The notes under the pieces were generated by a model. That model did not search any database. It worked only from the letters and a program-made list of their open reading frames with translations, and was not told the origin of the DNA. DNA of 46,171 bases from Candidatus Limnocylindrales bacterium (GTDB lineage Bacteria; Moduliflexota; Moduliflexia; Moduliflexales; JAUQPW01), in NCBI GenBank assembly GCA_035559535.1, contig DATMBG010000020.1:1-46171 (forward strand), in the 5' to 3' direction. A program made the translations under genes and the position numbers. Positions 20,231-29,921 of this stretch are shown here, one piece after another. Position 1 is the stretch's first letter, and each line of letters begins with the position of its first letter.

Positions 20231-22618
20231 TTATTTTTCTTTCATTTCATGGACCCCTTCCCAATCGGGAGGCGGTGGATTTAACTTATAATTCTGACAA
20301 CGTTCCAGGAAAAGCTTACAGGCTTTGTCTTCCGTTTTTATCTTTAAAGCCTTCTCAAAACAGAAGATAGCCTGATCCCAGTTCTGGCTTCGATATTCTT
20401 TCAAACCGGCCTCAAAGGTTTGGATGAAATCCTGGACCTCTGCAGAGAGAATCCCCTCTCCGATTAATTCGTAGATGGTAACGGGTTCCATCTTTCCTTT
20501 GACCGTAATTCGATCTAATTCCCGTACAATAAAAGGAAGACCTTTAATAAGTTTATAGGTATTCTCACTCAGGATAATGTTGGTTCCATACTGTTTATTG
20601 ACCCCTTCCAGCCGAGAAGCTAAATTGACCTGATCTCCAATGATGGTATAATCGAACCGACTGTGGGAACCCATATTTCCTACCACCACTTCACCGGAAT
20701 TGATGCCGATCCCAATATCCAGAAACGGATATCCTTGGGCTTTCCATTGGATCCGCATTTCTCTTAATTTAGTCATCATATCGAGGGCGGTCTTACAGGC
20801 ACGAACGGCATGATCTTCCTGGGGTAAGGGGGCTCCAAAAAAAGCCATGATAGCATCTCCCATGTATTTATCCAGAGTCCCTTTATAGTTCATGACAATA
20901 TCGGTCATAGGAGTAAGATATTCGTTGAGAAAATGAACAAGTTCTTCTGCATCCAACCTCTCAGACAGGGAAGTAAATCCGCGAATATCTGAAAATAGAA
21001 CCGTCAGATATTTCCTTTCACCACCCAATTTAAGCCTTTCAACGTCTTCCAGGAGTTCATCCACAACCGCCGGGGCTACATAGTGTTGAAAAGCGTTTCG
21101 GATTTCCCTTTTACGACGCTCTTCTGAAAAGTATTTATACGAAGTAAGACTCGTATAATTGATTACTATTAATAGAAAAGGGTAGGTAAAGTTTAACCAA
21201 ACCTTTGAGTAAATGAATGCCCCATACACGAACCCGGCCAAAAGGGCTATACAAAACAGGGTCAGGACAATTCCGGGTGCTAACCTGAATCTGGGGAGGA
21301 GAAAACCGATTAAGAAACCCACACATAAAATAACCAGACCATCCCAAGCAATGGCGATTCCAGGTCGGGTTAGAAAATCCCTTTGAAGAATATTTTCAAT
21401 AACAGTGGCATGGATCTCAACCCCTGGAAACTTGGCCTGAAAAGGGGTAGGATGTAAATCCTGGCTGATATCTCCGGTCCATCCCAGCAGGACAATTTTA
21501 TCTTTCACATCTTCAGGACGAATTTCTTTTTCACAACGTGCATCCAGGGGTTTTCCGGTAATACGCTCACAGAGAATGACATCGGCCAGGGAGTAGTAAT
21601 GAAACATCCCTTCAGGTCCGTAATAATTGATCAGAAGCCGTGCCTGTTCATCTACCGGTATGACAATATCTTTCAGTAGAATACTATCTACTTCACCATA
21701 CCTTCCCTCTGTAGTTTCACGGATATAAATAATCGGCTGTGAAGCGTTAGGATCCAGAGCAAAGCGGGCTACTTCTAAATCCAGAGAAGGATAATAATTT
21801 CCTTTATACTCCATCAGCAAAGGGACCCATCTACGATTCCCATCCACGTCTGGAAATACATTAAAATGTCCGAAGCTTTTCGCTGCACTGGAAAATCTGG
21901 GGATATTAAGCTCTACTTCCACTCCACGTTCAAGCTTTAGAGGAGGACGTACAGCCGAGCGATAGCGTAGGATTCCGTACCTGGTACGGGACATAAGCTG
22001 CTGATTGGCTTCAGATTGCTCAAGTGTAACCTGTTGGGCATCGTTTGCCGAGAGATAATAGGTCCCTAAAATGGCGTTACCGAAACTCTTGAGAGCCGCT
22101 TCCAGTCTGGCATCGTAGTCGAGGTTGATCTCTAACTCCTGGAGATGTTTTAAATAATCAAGATTCGGGTTACTTCCCGCCTTTGAAAGGTAATCCGCTT
22201 TAAGGGATTGAATAGCCTGGAGGGCCGCATTTTCACCGGTGGTCGAGAAACTTACATCGAATCCGATAATCCGTGCACCTCCCTGAGTCAGGATATGAAT
22301 AAAATCCGCAATCCAGGCTCTTCCGGTAGATTGCCACCTCCCTAATCGATCATGGGTTTTTTCATCCACGGCAACAATGAGAATATGATTGGTAGGCGTT
22401 CGGGGACCTCGTAATTGAAACCTGAAATTGAGGGTATAGGCCTCAATGATATCCAGCAGATTCAACCTCAAGAACCGGTAATAGGAACCTTCTATCCTGG
22501 GCAAAACATATAGGAGTAATATAAGGAGGGTCCAAATCAAACTTATGAAAAAGCCCATACGTCGACCTTCTCCACTTTGTCTTTTCTTTTTTCCAGATTT
22601 ATCGGTTTTATCCGCCAT
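20231..22618 (-). CDS. CHASE2-domain class III adenylate/guanylate cyclase
   Basis: CHASE2 (ILIVAVDE, GVEIHA), 3 TM, LFSDIRGFT, DKYMGDA, GDQVNLASRLE, TPR-like tail. Confidence 0.93.
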   Translation of the reverse strand: MADKTDKSGKKKRQSGEGRRMGFFISLIWTLLILLLYVLPRIEGSYYRFLRLNLLDIIEAYTLNFRFQLRGPRTPTNHILIVAVDEKTHDRLGRWQSTGRAWIADFIHILTQGGARIIGFDVSFSTTGENAALQAIQSLKADYLSKAGSNPNLDYLKHLQELEINLDYDARLEAALKSFGNAILGTYYLSANDAQQVTLEQSEANQQLMSRTRYGILRYRSAVRPPLKLERGVEVELNIPRFSSAAKSFGHFNVFPDVDGNRRWVPLLMEYKGNYYPSLDLEVARFALDPNASQPIIYIRETTEGRYGEVDSILLKDIVIPVDEQARLLINYYGPEGMFHYYSLADVILCERITGKPLDARCEKEIRPEDVKDKIVLLGWTGDISQDLHPTPFQAKFPGVEIHATVIENILQRDFLTRPGIAIAWDGLVILCVGFLIGFLLPRFRLAPGIVLTLFCIALLAGFVYGAFIYSKVWLNFTYPFLLIVINYTSLTSYKYFSEERRKREIRNAFQHYVAPAVVDELLEDVERLKLGGERKYLTVLFSDIRGFTSLSERLDAEELVHFLNEYLTPMTDIVMNYKGTLDKYMGDAIMAFFGAPLPQEDHAVRACKTALDMMTKLREMRIQWKAQGYPFLDIGIGINSGEVVVGNMGSHSRFDYTIIGDQVNLASRLEGVNKQYGTNIILSENTYKLIKGLPFIVRELDRITVKGKMEPVTIYELIGEGILSAEVQDFIQTFEAGLKEYRSQNWDQAIFCFEKALKIKTEDKACKLFLERCQNYKLNPPPPDWEGVHEMKEK

Positions 22619-22759
22619 ATCTAAAGGTTCAGGTAAAGATAAATTAAGGACCCCTGAACTTTAACCCTGTAGAACCCTGCTGCCTGCAGACAGGTTGAAA
22701 GGTACGCTTTACTCTAAACGGGCTACTTCTGTGAAGCCCGGGTTCTCCGGGAGCTTCCC

Positions 22760-23680
22760 TTAAGAATCTAAAAAACTCCTTACCAAAGGAACAATCTCAG
22801 AGAGATGCTCTGCTACGAGAATCCCGGCTTCCTTAAACTTTTCAATCTTGGATCGAGTACTTCCTTTGGTTCCTTCCACGATTACAGCAGCATGTCCGAA
22901 TCGAACGCCCGGCATCTCATCGGCAAAACGCCCGGCTACAAAAGCCACAATTGGCAGCGAAACCCTATGTTCGAGGACGTACTCGGCTAACCTTTCTTCG
23001 GCCGTTCCGCCCGGTTCGCAGAAGATAACGACTCCTCGGGTTTCCGGGTCTTTTTCAAATAACGGGAGCAAATCCAGAAAGTTAGATCCTACCACCGGGT
23101 CCCCACCGATACTCACGCAGGTACTCTGACCGATCCCATGAAGGGTAAGCAGATTTGCAATCTCGGTGGTCATCCCACCACTTCTAGACATAACCCCTAT
23201 AGGCCCCGGTGAATAAGCCTTTCGAACATCTTCAGCAGGTCCTCCAATCATGCCGATTTTGATTCGATGGGGGGAAATGAGTCCTAAAGAGTTGGGTCCG
23301 ATAATCCGGGCTCTCTTTTCCTCTGCATATTCTACCATTTCAATTACATCTCTTCGGGGAATCCGCTCGGTTACAATCACCAGGAGTTTAATATCATGAT
23401 CCAAGGCTTCAAAGGCTGCACTCTTGGCAACCGAAGGAGGGACAGAAATGATAGAGGCAAATTGTGTTCTCTTCAAATTTTCCCTTTGTTCAGACCTTTC
23501 CAGGGCTTCCTGGACGGTATCATAGACGGGTACTCCGTAGACTTCAAGACCTCCTTTACCCGGAGTCACACCGGCTACCACCTTCGAGCCATAATCCAAA
23601 AGGTTCTTCGTAAAGGTAGCCGCTTCTCTCCCTGTAATACCTTGAACAATCAGACGGGTATTTTCGTCGGCTAGAATCAT
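22760..23680 (-). CDS. SucD-like ADP-forming CoA ligase, alpha subunit (divergent)
   Basis: IVQGITG, GVTPGKGG, SRSGGM, SIGGD, phospho-His in RFGHAA. Confidence 0.85.
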   Translation of the reverse strand: MILADENTRLIVQGITGREAATFTKNLLDYGSKVVAGVTPGKGGLEVYGVPVYDTVQEALERSEQRENLKRTQFASIISVPPSVAKSAAFEALDHDIKLLVIVTERIPRRDVIEMVEYAEEKRARIIGPNSLGLISPHRIKIGMIGGPAEDVRKAYSPGPIGVMSRSGGMTTEIANLLTLHGIGQSTCVSIGGDPVVGSNFLDLLPLFEKDPETRGVVIFCEPGGTAEERLAEYVLEHRVSLPIVAFVAGRFADEMPGVRFGHAAVIVEGTKGSTRSKIEKFKEAGILVAEHLSEIVPLVRSFLDS

Positions 23681-23727
23681 ACCTACAAGGGGACGAAAGG
23701 CCAAAGGTGAAAGGGTAAAAATCCACT

Positions 23728-24933
23728 TTACCCTTTTACTTTTGACTTTTCCTCTTTTACTCTCATAACCGCACGCCGGGCCGCTTCATCAATAGAAACA
23801 GTTCGATCACAGTAAGGCACGCCGTATTTCTCGAGAATCTTAAACCCTTCCCTTTCCCAAGAACCTGGGACTCTAAAAACGGCAATGGCTTCAGAAGGGA
23901 GACGGCCGGATTCTATAACCCCTTTAATCACACCCCGGGCCACCAGATCAACCCGGGTATTGCTCACCACGTTCATGATAACTGCTATCTGTTTAACTCC
24001 AGGCTTGGAAAGAATCAGCTTGGTCAACTCACAGACTTTTCGGACGCTGGGATTGCCACCGATCTCACAATAATTGGCAGGCTTTCCTCCATGGTTTCGG
24101 ATAGCATCGAAGGCAGTTAGACTGGCCCCTCCCCCTCCGATAATAAGACCCAATTCCCCCTCAAACTCGATCATCCGTCCGGCAACCCCCCGGTGATCCA
24201 GACTATCGATTCTGGCCGCCTCCCTTTCAAACTCTGTGGCTTGTCGGATTCCTGTATCCCGTCGTGGAATTCCGAAGACCCGTTCCAACTCCGGATGACG
24301 GTAAAGGGCATCCTCCTCAATTTCCAAATGACCATCCAAAGCCACCACTTCCCCCTGGCTTGTTCTACCCAAGGGGTTGATCTCGGCCAGGGTGGCATCA
24401 TAGCGGATGAATATTTCGACCAGCTTGAATAAAACTTCTGAAACCTGTAAAAGCTCCTTTCCTTTGATCCCGGCTTTAGCCACCACCTCTCGGGCTTGAT
24501 GCTCCAGGAAACCCCGGGTCAATTTAAAAACCCGGGTGATAATTTTTTCTCGTTCTACCTTTGCAAGCTCTTCGATATCCACTCCGCCTTCGACGCTAAA
24601 TAAAACAAGGGGGGTTTTAGCCGTTGTATCGTAGGTAACTCCCAGGTAGTATTCCCGTTCCAGGGGAAGTTTTTCTTCGATTAAAAGTTGACGTACTTCG
24701 TATCCCCGTATCCCATTTCCCAATAGGCGGTTGGCCAGACTTTTTGCCTCGGTCCGGCCAGAAGCAAAGATCACCCCTCCCGCCTTACCTCTTCCTCCAG
24801 ATGGAATTTGAGCCTTTAAAACCAAATCCCCTTCCTCTTGGATCTCTTCAGGGGAAGTTATTAAAACACCTCTGGGAATTCGAATGCCGTGATGCTGAAA
24901 TATTTTTTTAGATTCATATTCAAGGAGTCGCAT
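23728..24933 (-). CDS. SucC-like ATP-grasp CoA ligase, beta subunit (divergent)
   Basis: LLEYESK, KAQIPSGGRGKAGG, GGVDIE, EINPL; non-canonical ligase loops. Confidence 0.85.
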   Translation of the reverse strand: MRLLEYESKKIFQHHGIRIPRGVLITSPEEIQEEGDLVLKAQIPSGGRGKAGGVIFASGRTEAKSLANRLLGNGIRGYEVRQLLIEEKLPLEREYYLGVTYDTTAKTPLVLFSVEGGVDIEELAKVEREKIITRVFKLTRGFLEHQAREVVAKAGIKGKELLQVSEVLFKLVEIFIRYDATLAEINPLGRTSQGEVVALDGHLEIEEDALYRHPELERVFGIPRRDTGIRQATEFEREAARIDSLDHRGVAGRMIEFEGELGLIIGGGGASLTAFDAIRNHGGKPANYCEIGGNPSVRKVCELTKLILSKPGVKQIAVIMNVVSNTRVDLVARGVIKGVIESGRLPSEAIAVFRVPGSWEREGFKILEKYGVPYCDRTVSIDEAARRAVMRVKEEKSKVKG

Positions 24934-24939
24934 ACCGTT

Positions 24940-24968
24940 TTTATAATGACCGCCTCCGGTTTTGTCAA
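24940..24968 (-). promoter_or_regulatory. Promoter of the sucC-like gene (probably leaderless)
   Basis: TTGACA-N17-TATAAA, 6 nt, then ATG. Confidence 0.55.
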
Positions 24969-24995
24969 ATAGAAAACATGTCAAAATCCGGTTCA

Positions 24996-25024
24996 TTGCA
25001 TTCTATCCGGTTCGGTCTTATACT
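24996..25024 (+). promoter_or_regulatory. sigma70-type promoter of the LD-carboxypeptidase/M16 genes
   Basis: TTGCAT-N17-TATACT. Confidence 0.6.
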
Positions 25025-25087
25025 CTTATACGAAGATATTTTATTTTTGTGCCCTATCCCAGGTTATTTTAAAGGGAGGTTCCGGTC

Positions 25088-26035
25088 ATTGGCCATCCAA
25101 AAGTTTTAAAGCCGAAAGCACTCAAAGAAGGAGATACCATTGGGATTATTGCCCCTGCCGGTCCTGTGGACAGAGAACGTCTTGAGCAAGGTGAGAGCGT
25201 TCTGAAGGAGATGGGATTCCGGGTCAAGTATGAACCCTCCATTTTGGAATCTTTTAGATATCTGGCCGGAGATGACCGACGTCGTGGTGAAGAGGTTAAT
25301 CGAGCGTTTGCAGACCCGGAGATTCAAGCTATCTTTTGTGCTCGGGGAGGATACGGCTCCGCCAGGACTTTAGCATTTATCGATGAAGACCTCATCAAAC
25401 GGAATCCTAAAATTTTTGTAGGATATAGTGACATTACCTCTTTTCTCCTTTATTTCTATAAAAGATGCTCCCTGGTTACCTTCCATGGACCTATGGTTAC
25501 CATTGATTTATACCAATCCCCCACGGATAAGACCAGAACTTCCCTTCTTGGGGCTCTCACTTCCTCTGAAGGAACCGGTTTTGAACCGGTGAAGATGGAT
25601 TCTGCCAATCTTAAAATTTTAAGAAAGGGTTGTGCCGAAGGAATCCTCCTGGGGGGATGTTTGTCTATTCTCATTCATAGTTTAGGAACCTGTTATGAAC
25701 CGGACCTCCAGGATAAAATTTTATTTCTCGAAGATATTGATGAACCTCCTTACCGGATCGATCGCATGTTGACCCATTTGAAAAATGCCGGAAAACTCCA
25801 ACGGGTTGCCGCCCTTGTCTTTGGAGAAATGAAACGCTGTCATCCTTCGGCTGAAGAAGGATTCCTTCTAGAAGAGGTTCTCTCTGAAGTTTTGCAGGAC
25901 CTCCAGGTTCCTACCCTCTTTGGATTCCCCTCCGGGCACACTTCCGGGGATAATTTAACCCTCCCTATGGGAGTGAAAGCTCGGGTAGATGGCGATCGAG
26001 GTCAATTAATTATTTTAGAGTCTGGAGTAGTTTAA
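25088..26035 (+). CDS. LD-carboxypeptidase (peptidase S66)
   Basis: KPKALKEGDTIGIIAPAG lies in frame upstream of the tracked GTG; ARGGYG, GYSDIT, FLED, GHT; start ambiguous (ATT 25088). Confidence 0.9.
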   Translation: MGHPKVLKPKALKEGDTIGIIAPAGPVDRERLEQGESVLKEMGFRVKYEPSILESFRYLAGDDRRRGEEVNRAFADPEIQAIFCARGGYGSARTLAFIDEDLIKRNPKIFVGYSDITSFLLYFYKRCSLVTFHGPMVTIDLYQSPTDKTRTSLLGALTSSEGTGFEPVKMDSANLKILRKGCAEGILLGGCLSILIHSLGTCYEPDLQDKILFLEDIDEPPYRIDRMLTHLKNAGKLQRVAALVFGEMKRCHPSAEEGFLLEEVLSEVLQDLQVPTLFGFPSGHTSGDNLTLPMGVKARVDGDRGQLIILESGVV

Positions 26036-26120
26036 CCGCCAGGATGTCAGGAACAGGATGCAGAGATCGGACAATCGGTATAAGGCCCCTAGGTCCTTGC
26101 GTCTTAGCGGGTTTAATTAT

Positions 26121-28754
26121 ATGAAAAATAAAACCTCCCCCTTTTTATTATTTTTTATAGCTACTTGTTTACTGGTTTCAACCCCCTACTCCTTTGCCCA
26201 GGAGCTACTTAAGTTTACACCGGTTACTCCTATTACGTTGGATAACGGGCTTACCGTCATCCTTAAAGAGAACCATACGGCTCCGGTAGCTACCCTGCGG
26301 ATTTATGTGCGCACGGGAAGCATTTACGAACAAGAATATCTGGGGGCAGGTATTTCCCATCTATTCGAACACCTTATCGCCGGCGGAAGTACAACCACCC
26401 GAAGCGAAGAGGAGACCCGACAGATTTTGGATTCTATCGGTGGAAACGCCAACGCTTATACTACTAAAGATCACACTGCGTTTTTTGTTACGACTTCCCC
26501 CGATCATTTCGATACCGTCATCGAATTGATGGCCGATTGGATGCAAAACAGTACATTCCCTGAGAATGAATTCAACCGAGAATGGGGAGTTGTTCAGCGG
26601 GAGCTGGAACAAGATGAAGATGATCCCGAAAGTGTCCTCTACGATTTAGCATCGGCCAATATGTTTCGGGTTCATCCTGAGAAATATCCCATTATTGGAT
26701 ATAAGGAGATCCTTCAGAAACTGACCCGGGACGATGTCATTAAGTACTACAAAAGGATGTATTCGCCAGATAATATGATTGTAGTTGCCGTGGGAGATTT
26801 TAATAAGGATGAGGTTTTGGAAAAGATTAAGAAGGCCTTCCAGAACTTTGAAAGACGGTCCCTCCCGCCAATTACCCTTCCTGAGGAGCCTCCTCAGGTC
26901 AGTAAGCGGCTTATGGTTAAAGAAATGGATGTTCAGGTAGCCCTGGTTCGGATGGATTTTCGCACGGTTAATCTTCTCCATCCAGATCTGTATCCCCTGG
27001 ACGTGTTAGATTTCATCCTCTCCCACGGAGAAAGTTCTCGACTTGTTAGAAAAATCAAGGGGGAACAGCAACTGGTTTATTCTCTTTCTACGGCCTCGTA
27101 TACCCCTCATTATCGACCTGGAAACTTCATGATCAATATTTCCCTAGACCCTACCCATCTGGATGAAGCCCAAAATGCTATTTTGACCGAGCTTTATCGA
27201 CTAAAAACCGAGTTGGTCACAGAAACAGAACTCCAAAAGGCAAAAAAACAAAAGATCAGCGATTATATCTTCGGCTTGCAGACCGTTGAAGGTCAGGCTA
27301 CGGACCTGGGAATTAATATGCTCGGGGCTCTAGACCCTAATTTTAGCCAGAAATATATAGAAAACATCCAAAAAGTAACTGCAGAGGATATTCGCCGGGT
27401 GATGAACAAATACTTTTTCGACGATAACCTCTGTATTACCATGGTCGTTCCCAAAGCTAAACCCTCTGAGCCGGCAACCTCGAAAAAACCCCAAGAGAAA
27501 CCGACGTCCTCTCCCATTAAGAAGGTAGTACTGGATAATGGAATGACCTTGCTGATCAAGCGCAATCCCGGCGTTCCACTGATATCTTTGCAGGCTTATT
27601 TTAAAGGCGGTTTGCTGGTTGAAAATGAGAAAAACAACGGAATCTCGAATTTTATGGCTGAAATGCTGTTAAAAGGAACGAAGACCCGAACTGCATTGGA
27701 TATTGCCAGCTTTTTTGACTCTATAGGGGGAAGTATCGAGGCGAGTTCGGGTAATAATACTTTTTCAATTTCGGCCCTGATTTTGAGTTCAGATTTTGAT
27801 CCGGCTTTAGAAGTATTGGCCGATATAATCCAAAATCCTTCTTTCCCTGTGGAGGAAATGGAAAAACTCCGAAAGATTCTTCTGGCTGATATCAAACGAA
27901 TTGATGAGAACTGGGAGTCTGAGTCTGAAGCTTTTTTTAAGCAAAACTTTTTTGTAAAGAGTCCCTATCGCTATTTAGCCCTTGGATCCGAAGAAACGGT
28001 CAGTCGGCTTACCCGTCAAGACCTTCAGGAGTTTTATCGGACATTTTGTGTCCCCAATAACATGGTCCTGGCCATTTTTGGGGATATCGACCCACATCAT
28101 GTGGAAGAGGCGGTCAAACGAGAGTTTTCAAACTTCGAGAAAAATCCATCTTTAAAATTTCCTGAGGTGCCCCCGGAACCCCCTCTGGATAAAAACCGGG
28201 AAGCCCATAAAACTACAGAAAAAACGGTTGCAGTGGTTTACCTTGGATATCGGGGTATGGATATTCGAAATACCAAGGATCGGGACCCCATGACGGTGGT
28301 CGATGCAATTATTTCGGGAATTGGATATCCCAGCGGCTGGCTCCATACCGAACTACGGGGTAAACAATTGGTTTATGTTGTTCACGCCTACAACTTCGCC
28401 GGCTTCATGCCGGGATTTTTCGCCATTTATGCAGCTACTCAACCGGATAAAGTCCAAGAAGTCGTTCAAATTATCCTGGAGAATATCCGAAAGATCAAAG
28501 AAGATCCCATAGATCCTGAGGAATTGGAACGGGCTAAAAGTGAAGCCATTATTGCCTATGGACTGGAACAGGAAACCAATGTAGATCAGGCCCGCGAGGC
28601 AGCTATCAATGAACTGGCCGGTCTGGGTTATAACTTTAATGATAACTATGCCCAACGAATCCGGGCCGTTACCCCAGAAGAGGTCAAGCGGGTAGTCCAT
28701 ACTTACTTTACCAACTATGTATTGACCATTACAGGTCCTAAGACGGATAAGTAA
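26121..28754 (+). CDS. Exported M16 (insulinase-family) zinc peptidase, two fused halves
   Basis: Signal peptide; HLFEH, NAYT; second half degenerate (NFMAE). Confidence 0.93.
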   Translation: MKNKTSPFLLFFIATCLLVSTPYSFAQELLKFTPVTPITLDNGLTVILKENHTAPVATLRIYVRTGSIYEQEYLGAGISHLFEHLIAGGSTTTRSEEETRQILDSIGGNANAYTTKDHTAFFVTTSPDHFDTVIELMADWMQNSTFPENEFNREWGVVQRELEQDEDDPESVLYDLASANMFRVHPEKYPIIGYKEILQKLTRDDVIKYYKRMYSPDNMIVVAVGDFNKDEVLEKIKKAFQNFERRSLPPITLPEEPPQVSKRLMVKEMDVQVALVRMDFRTVNLLHPDLYPLDVLDFILSHGESSRLVRKIKGEQQLVYSLSTASYTPHYRPGNFMINISLDPTHLDEAQNAILTELYRLKTELVTETELQKAKKQKISDYIFGLQTVEGQATDLGINMLGALDPNFSQKYIENIQKVTAEDIRRVMNKYFFDDNLCITMVVPKAKPSEPATSKKPQEKPTSSPIKKVVLDNGMTLLIKRNPGVPLISLQAYFKGGLLVENEKNNGISNFMAEMLLKGTKTRTALDIASFFDSIGGSIEASSGNNTFSISALILSSDFDPALEVLADIIQNPSFPVEEMEKLRKILLADIKRIDENWESESEAFFKQNFFVKSPYRYLALGSEETVSRLTRQDLQEFYRTFCVPNNMVLAIFGDIDPHHVEEAVKREFSNFEKNPSLKFPEVPPEPPLDKNREAHKTTEKTVAVVYLGYRGMDIRNTKDRDPMTVVDAIISGIGYPSGWLHTELRGKQLVYVVHAYNFAGFMPGFFAIYAATQPDKVQEVVQIILENIRKIKEDPIDPEELERAKSEAIIAYGLEQETNVDQAREAAINELAGLGYNFNDNYAQRIRAVTPEEVKRVVHTYFTNYVLTITGPKTDK

Positions 28755-28839
28755 GGCCTCGGAAATCACCGGGTTACAAAAAATGTAACCGGTCTGACCA
28801 TTTCCGTGCCAGGTGTTAACTTTAGAGGTAGAAGGCCTA

Positions 28840-29189
28840 AACGCCGGAATAAGGCTTAGCGGGGAGTGCGCCCCTCTGCCTCTCTCCTTCTCCATCCTTT
28901 CTGAAGCAGGTTTTTGGAGCCTCGCCCCTCCGACCCCCCTTCTTGGGGAAGGAAAGAGAGAGTGGGGACCCAGGCACCAGGATAAGAAGGTTAGCCCCAG
29001 CGGGACGACCTGTTTAACGGCTGGGGAGCTTGAAAAAATTCTGAATCCCCCGACTTGCATCGGGGACTACTAACTGTTCACCTCTGATGGGGCTTTTCAG
29101 CTTATCCAGGCCCATAGGGGGTTAGAGGGTGGAGCGCTGTGCCCTCGGGTAACAGATCAACTTTTTCTACCTTATCTTATCCTGGCGTT
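28840..29189. repeat. Possible MITE or nested inverted-repeat element
   Basis: AACGCCGGAATAAG ... CTTATCCTGGCGTT (12/14), internal GCACCAGGATAAGA, several internal hairpins. Confidence 0.4.
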
Positions 29190-29386
29190 ACAGGAGTAGG
29201 GGGCAACCTATGCTTTCAGGGATGGAAGGCCAGTACCTGAGCCTTCCCTGGAAAAGCGCTTGACAGAGTTTTCAATGTTATTAATTTAGGATTAGTAGGC
29301 TTTAGAATCTCTGTTAGGTAGAATAATCCAAACCCCTGGTCCTTACCTCAAAAAGGAAAAGAGGGGAGAAAAAAGAGGAGGATGAC

Positions 29387-29917
29387 ATGGCTTTAAAAAT
29401 TGGAGATAAAGCGCCTGATTTCAAATTATTGGGAGTTGATCATAAAACCTATTCGTTGGATTCTTTCAAGGACAAAAAAATCGTGACGGTGATGTTTATT
29501 TGTGTACACTGCCCCTATGTCAGAGCCTGGGAGCCCCGCTTTTTACAGATTCAAAAGGATTATGCCGATAAAGGTGTAACCCTGGTCGGTATTACTTCCA
29601 ACGATCCGGTTAAGTTTCCCGAAGACAGCTTTGAAAACACGGCAAAATGGGCCAAGGAAAAGGGATACAACTTCCCTTATTTGTACGACGAGGATCAATC
29701 GGTTGCCAGAGCTTACGGTGCAGAACGGACTCCTGAAGTTTTTGTTTTCGATGAAAAGAGAATTTTGCGCTATCATGGCCGGATTGACGACAATCATGAA
29801 GATCCCACCAAGGTTACGTCTCATTATCTCCGGGATGCTTTAGATGCCATATTGGCAGGAAAACCGGTTCCCATCGCCGAGACACAACCAGCCGGATGTA
29901 CCATTAAATGGAAGTAA
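29387..29917 (+). CDS. Thioredoxin-fold protein (AhpC/TSA-like)
   Basis: GDKAPDF, CVHCPYV, TPE, GRIDD, GCTIKWK; SD GAGGAGG. Confidence 0.92.
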   Translation: MALKIGDKAPDFKLLGVDHKTYSLDSFKDKKIVTVMFICVHCPYVRAWEPRFLQIQKDYADKGVTLVGITSNDPVKFPEDSFENTAKWAKEKGYNFPYLYDEDQSVARAYGAERTPEVFVFDEKRILRYHGRIDDNHEDPTKVTSHYLRDALDAILAGKPVPIAETQPAGCTIKWK

Positions 29918-29921
29918 ACCC

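Noticed and set aside
28353-29073. 235-aa minus ORF and 86-aa plus ORF
   Set aside because: Antisense shadow of the M16 gene plus repeat-derived sequence; no recognisable motif
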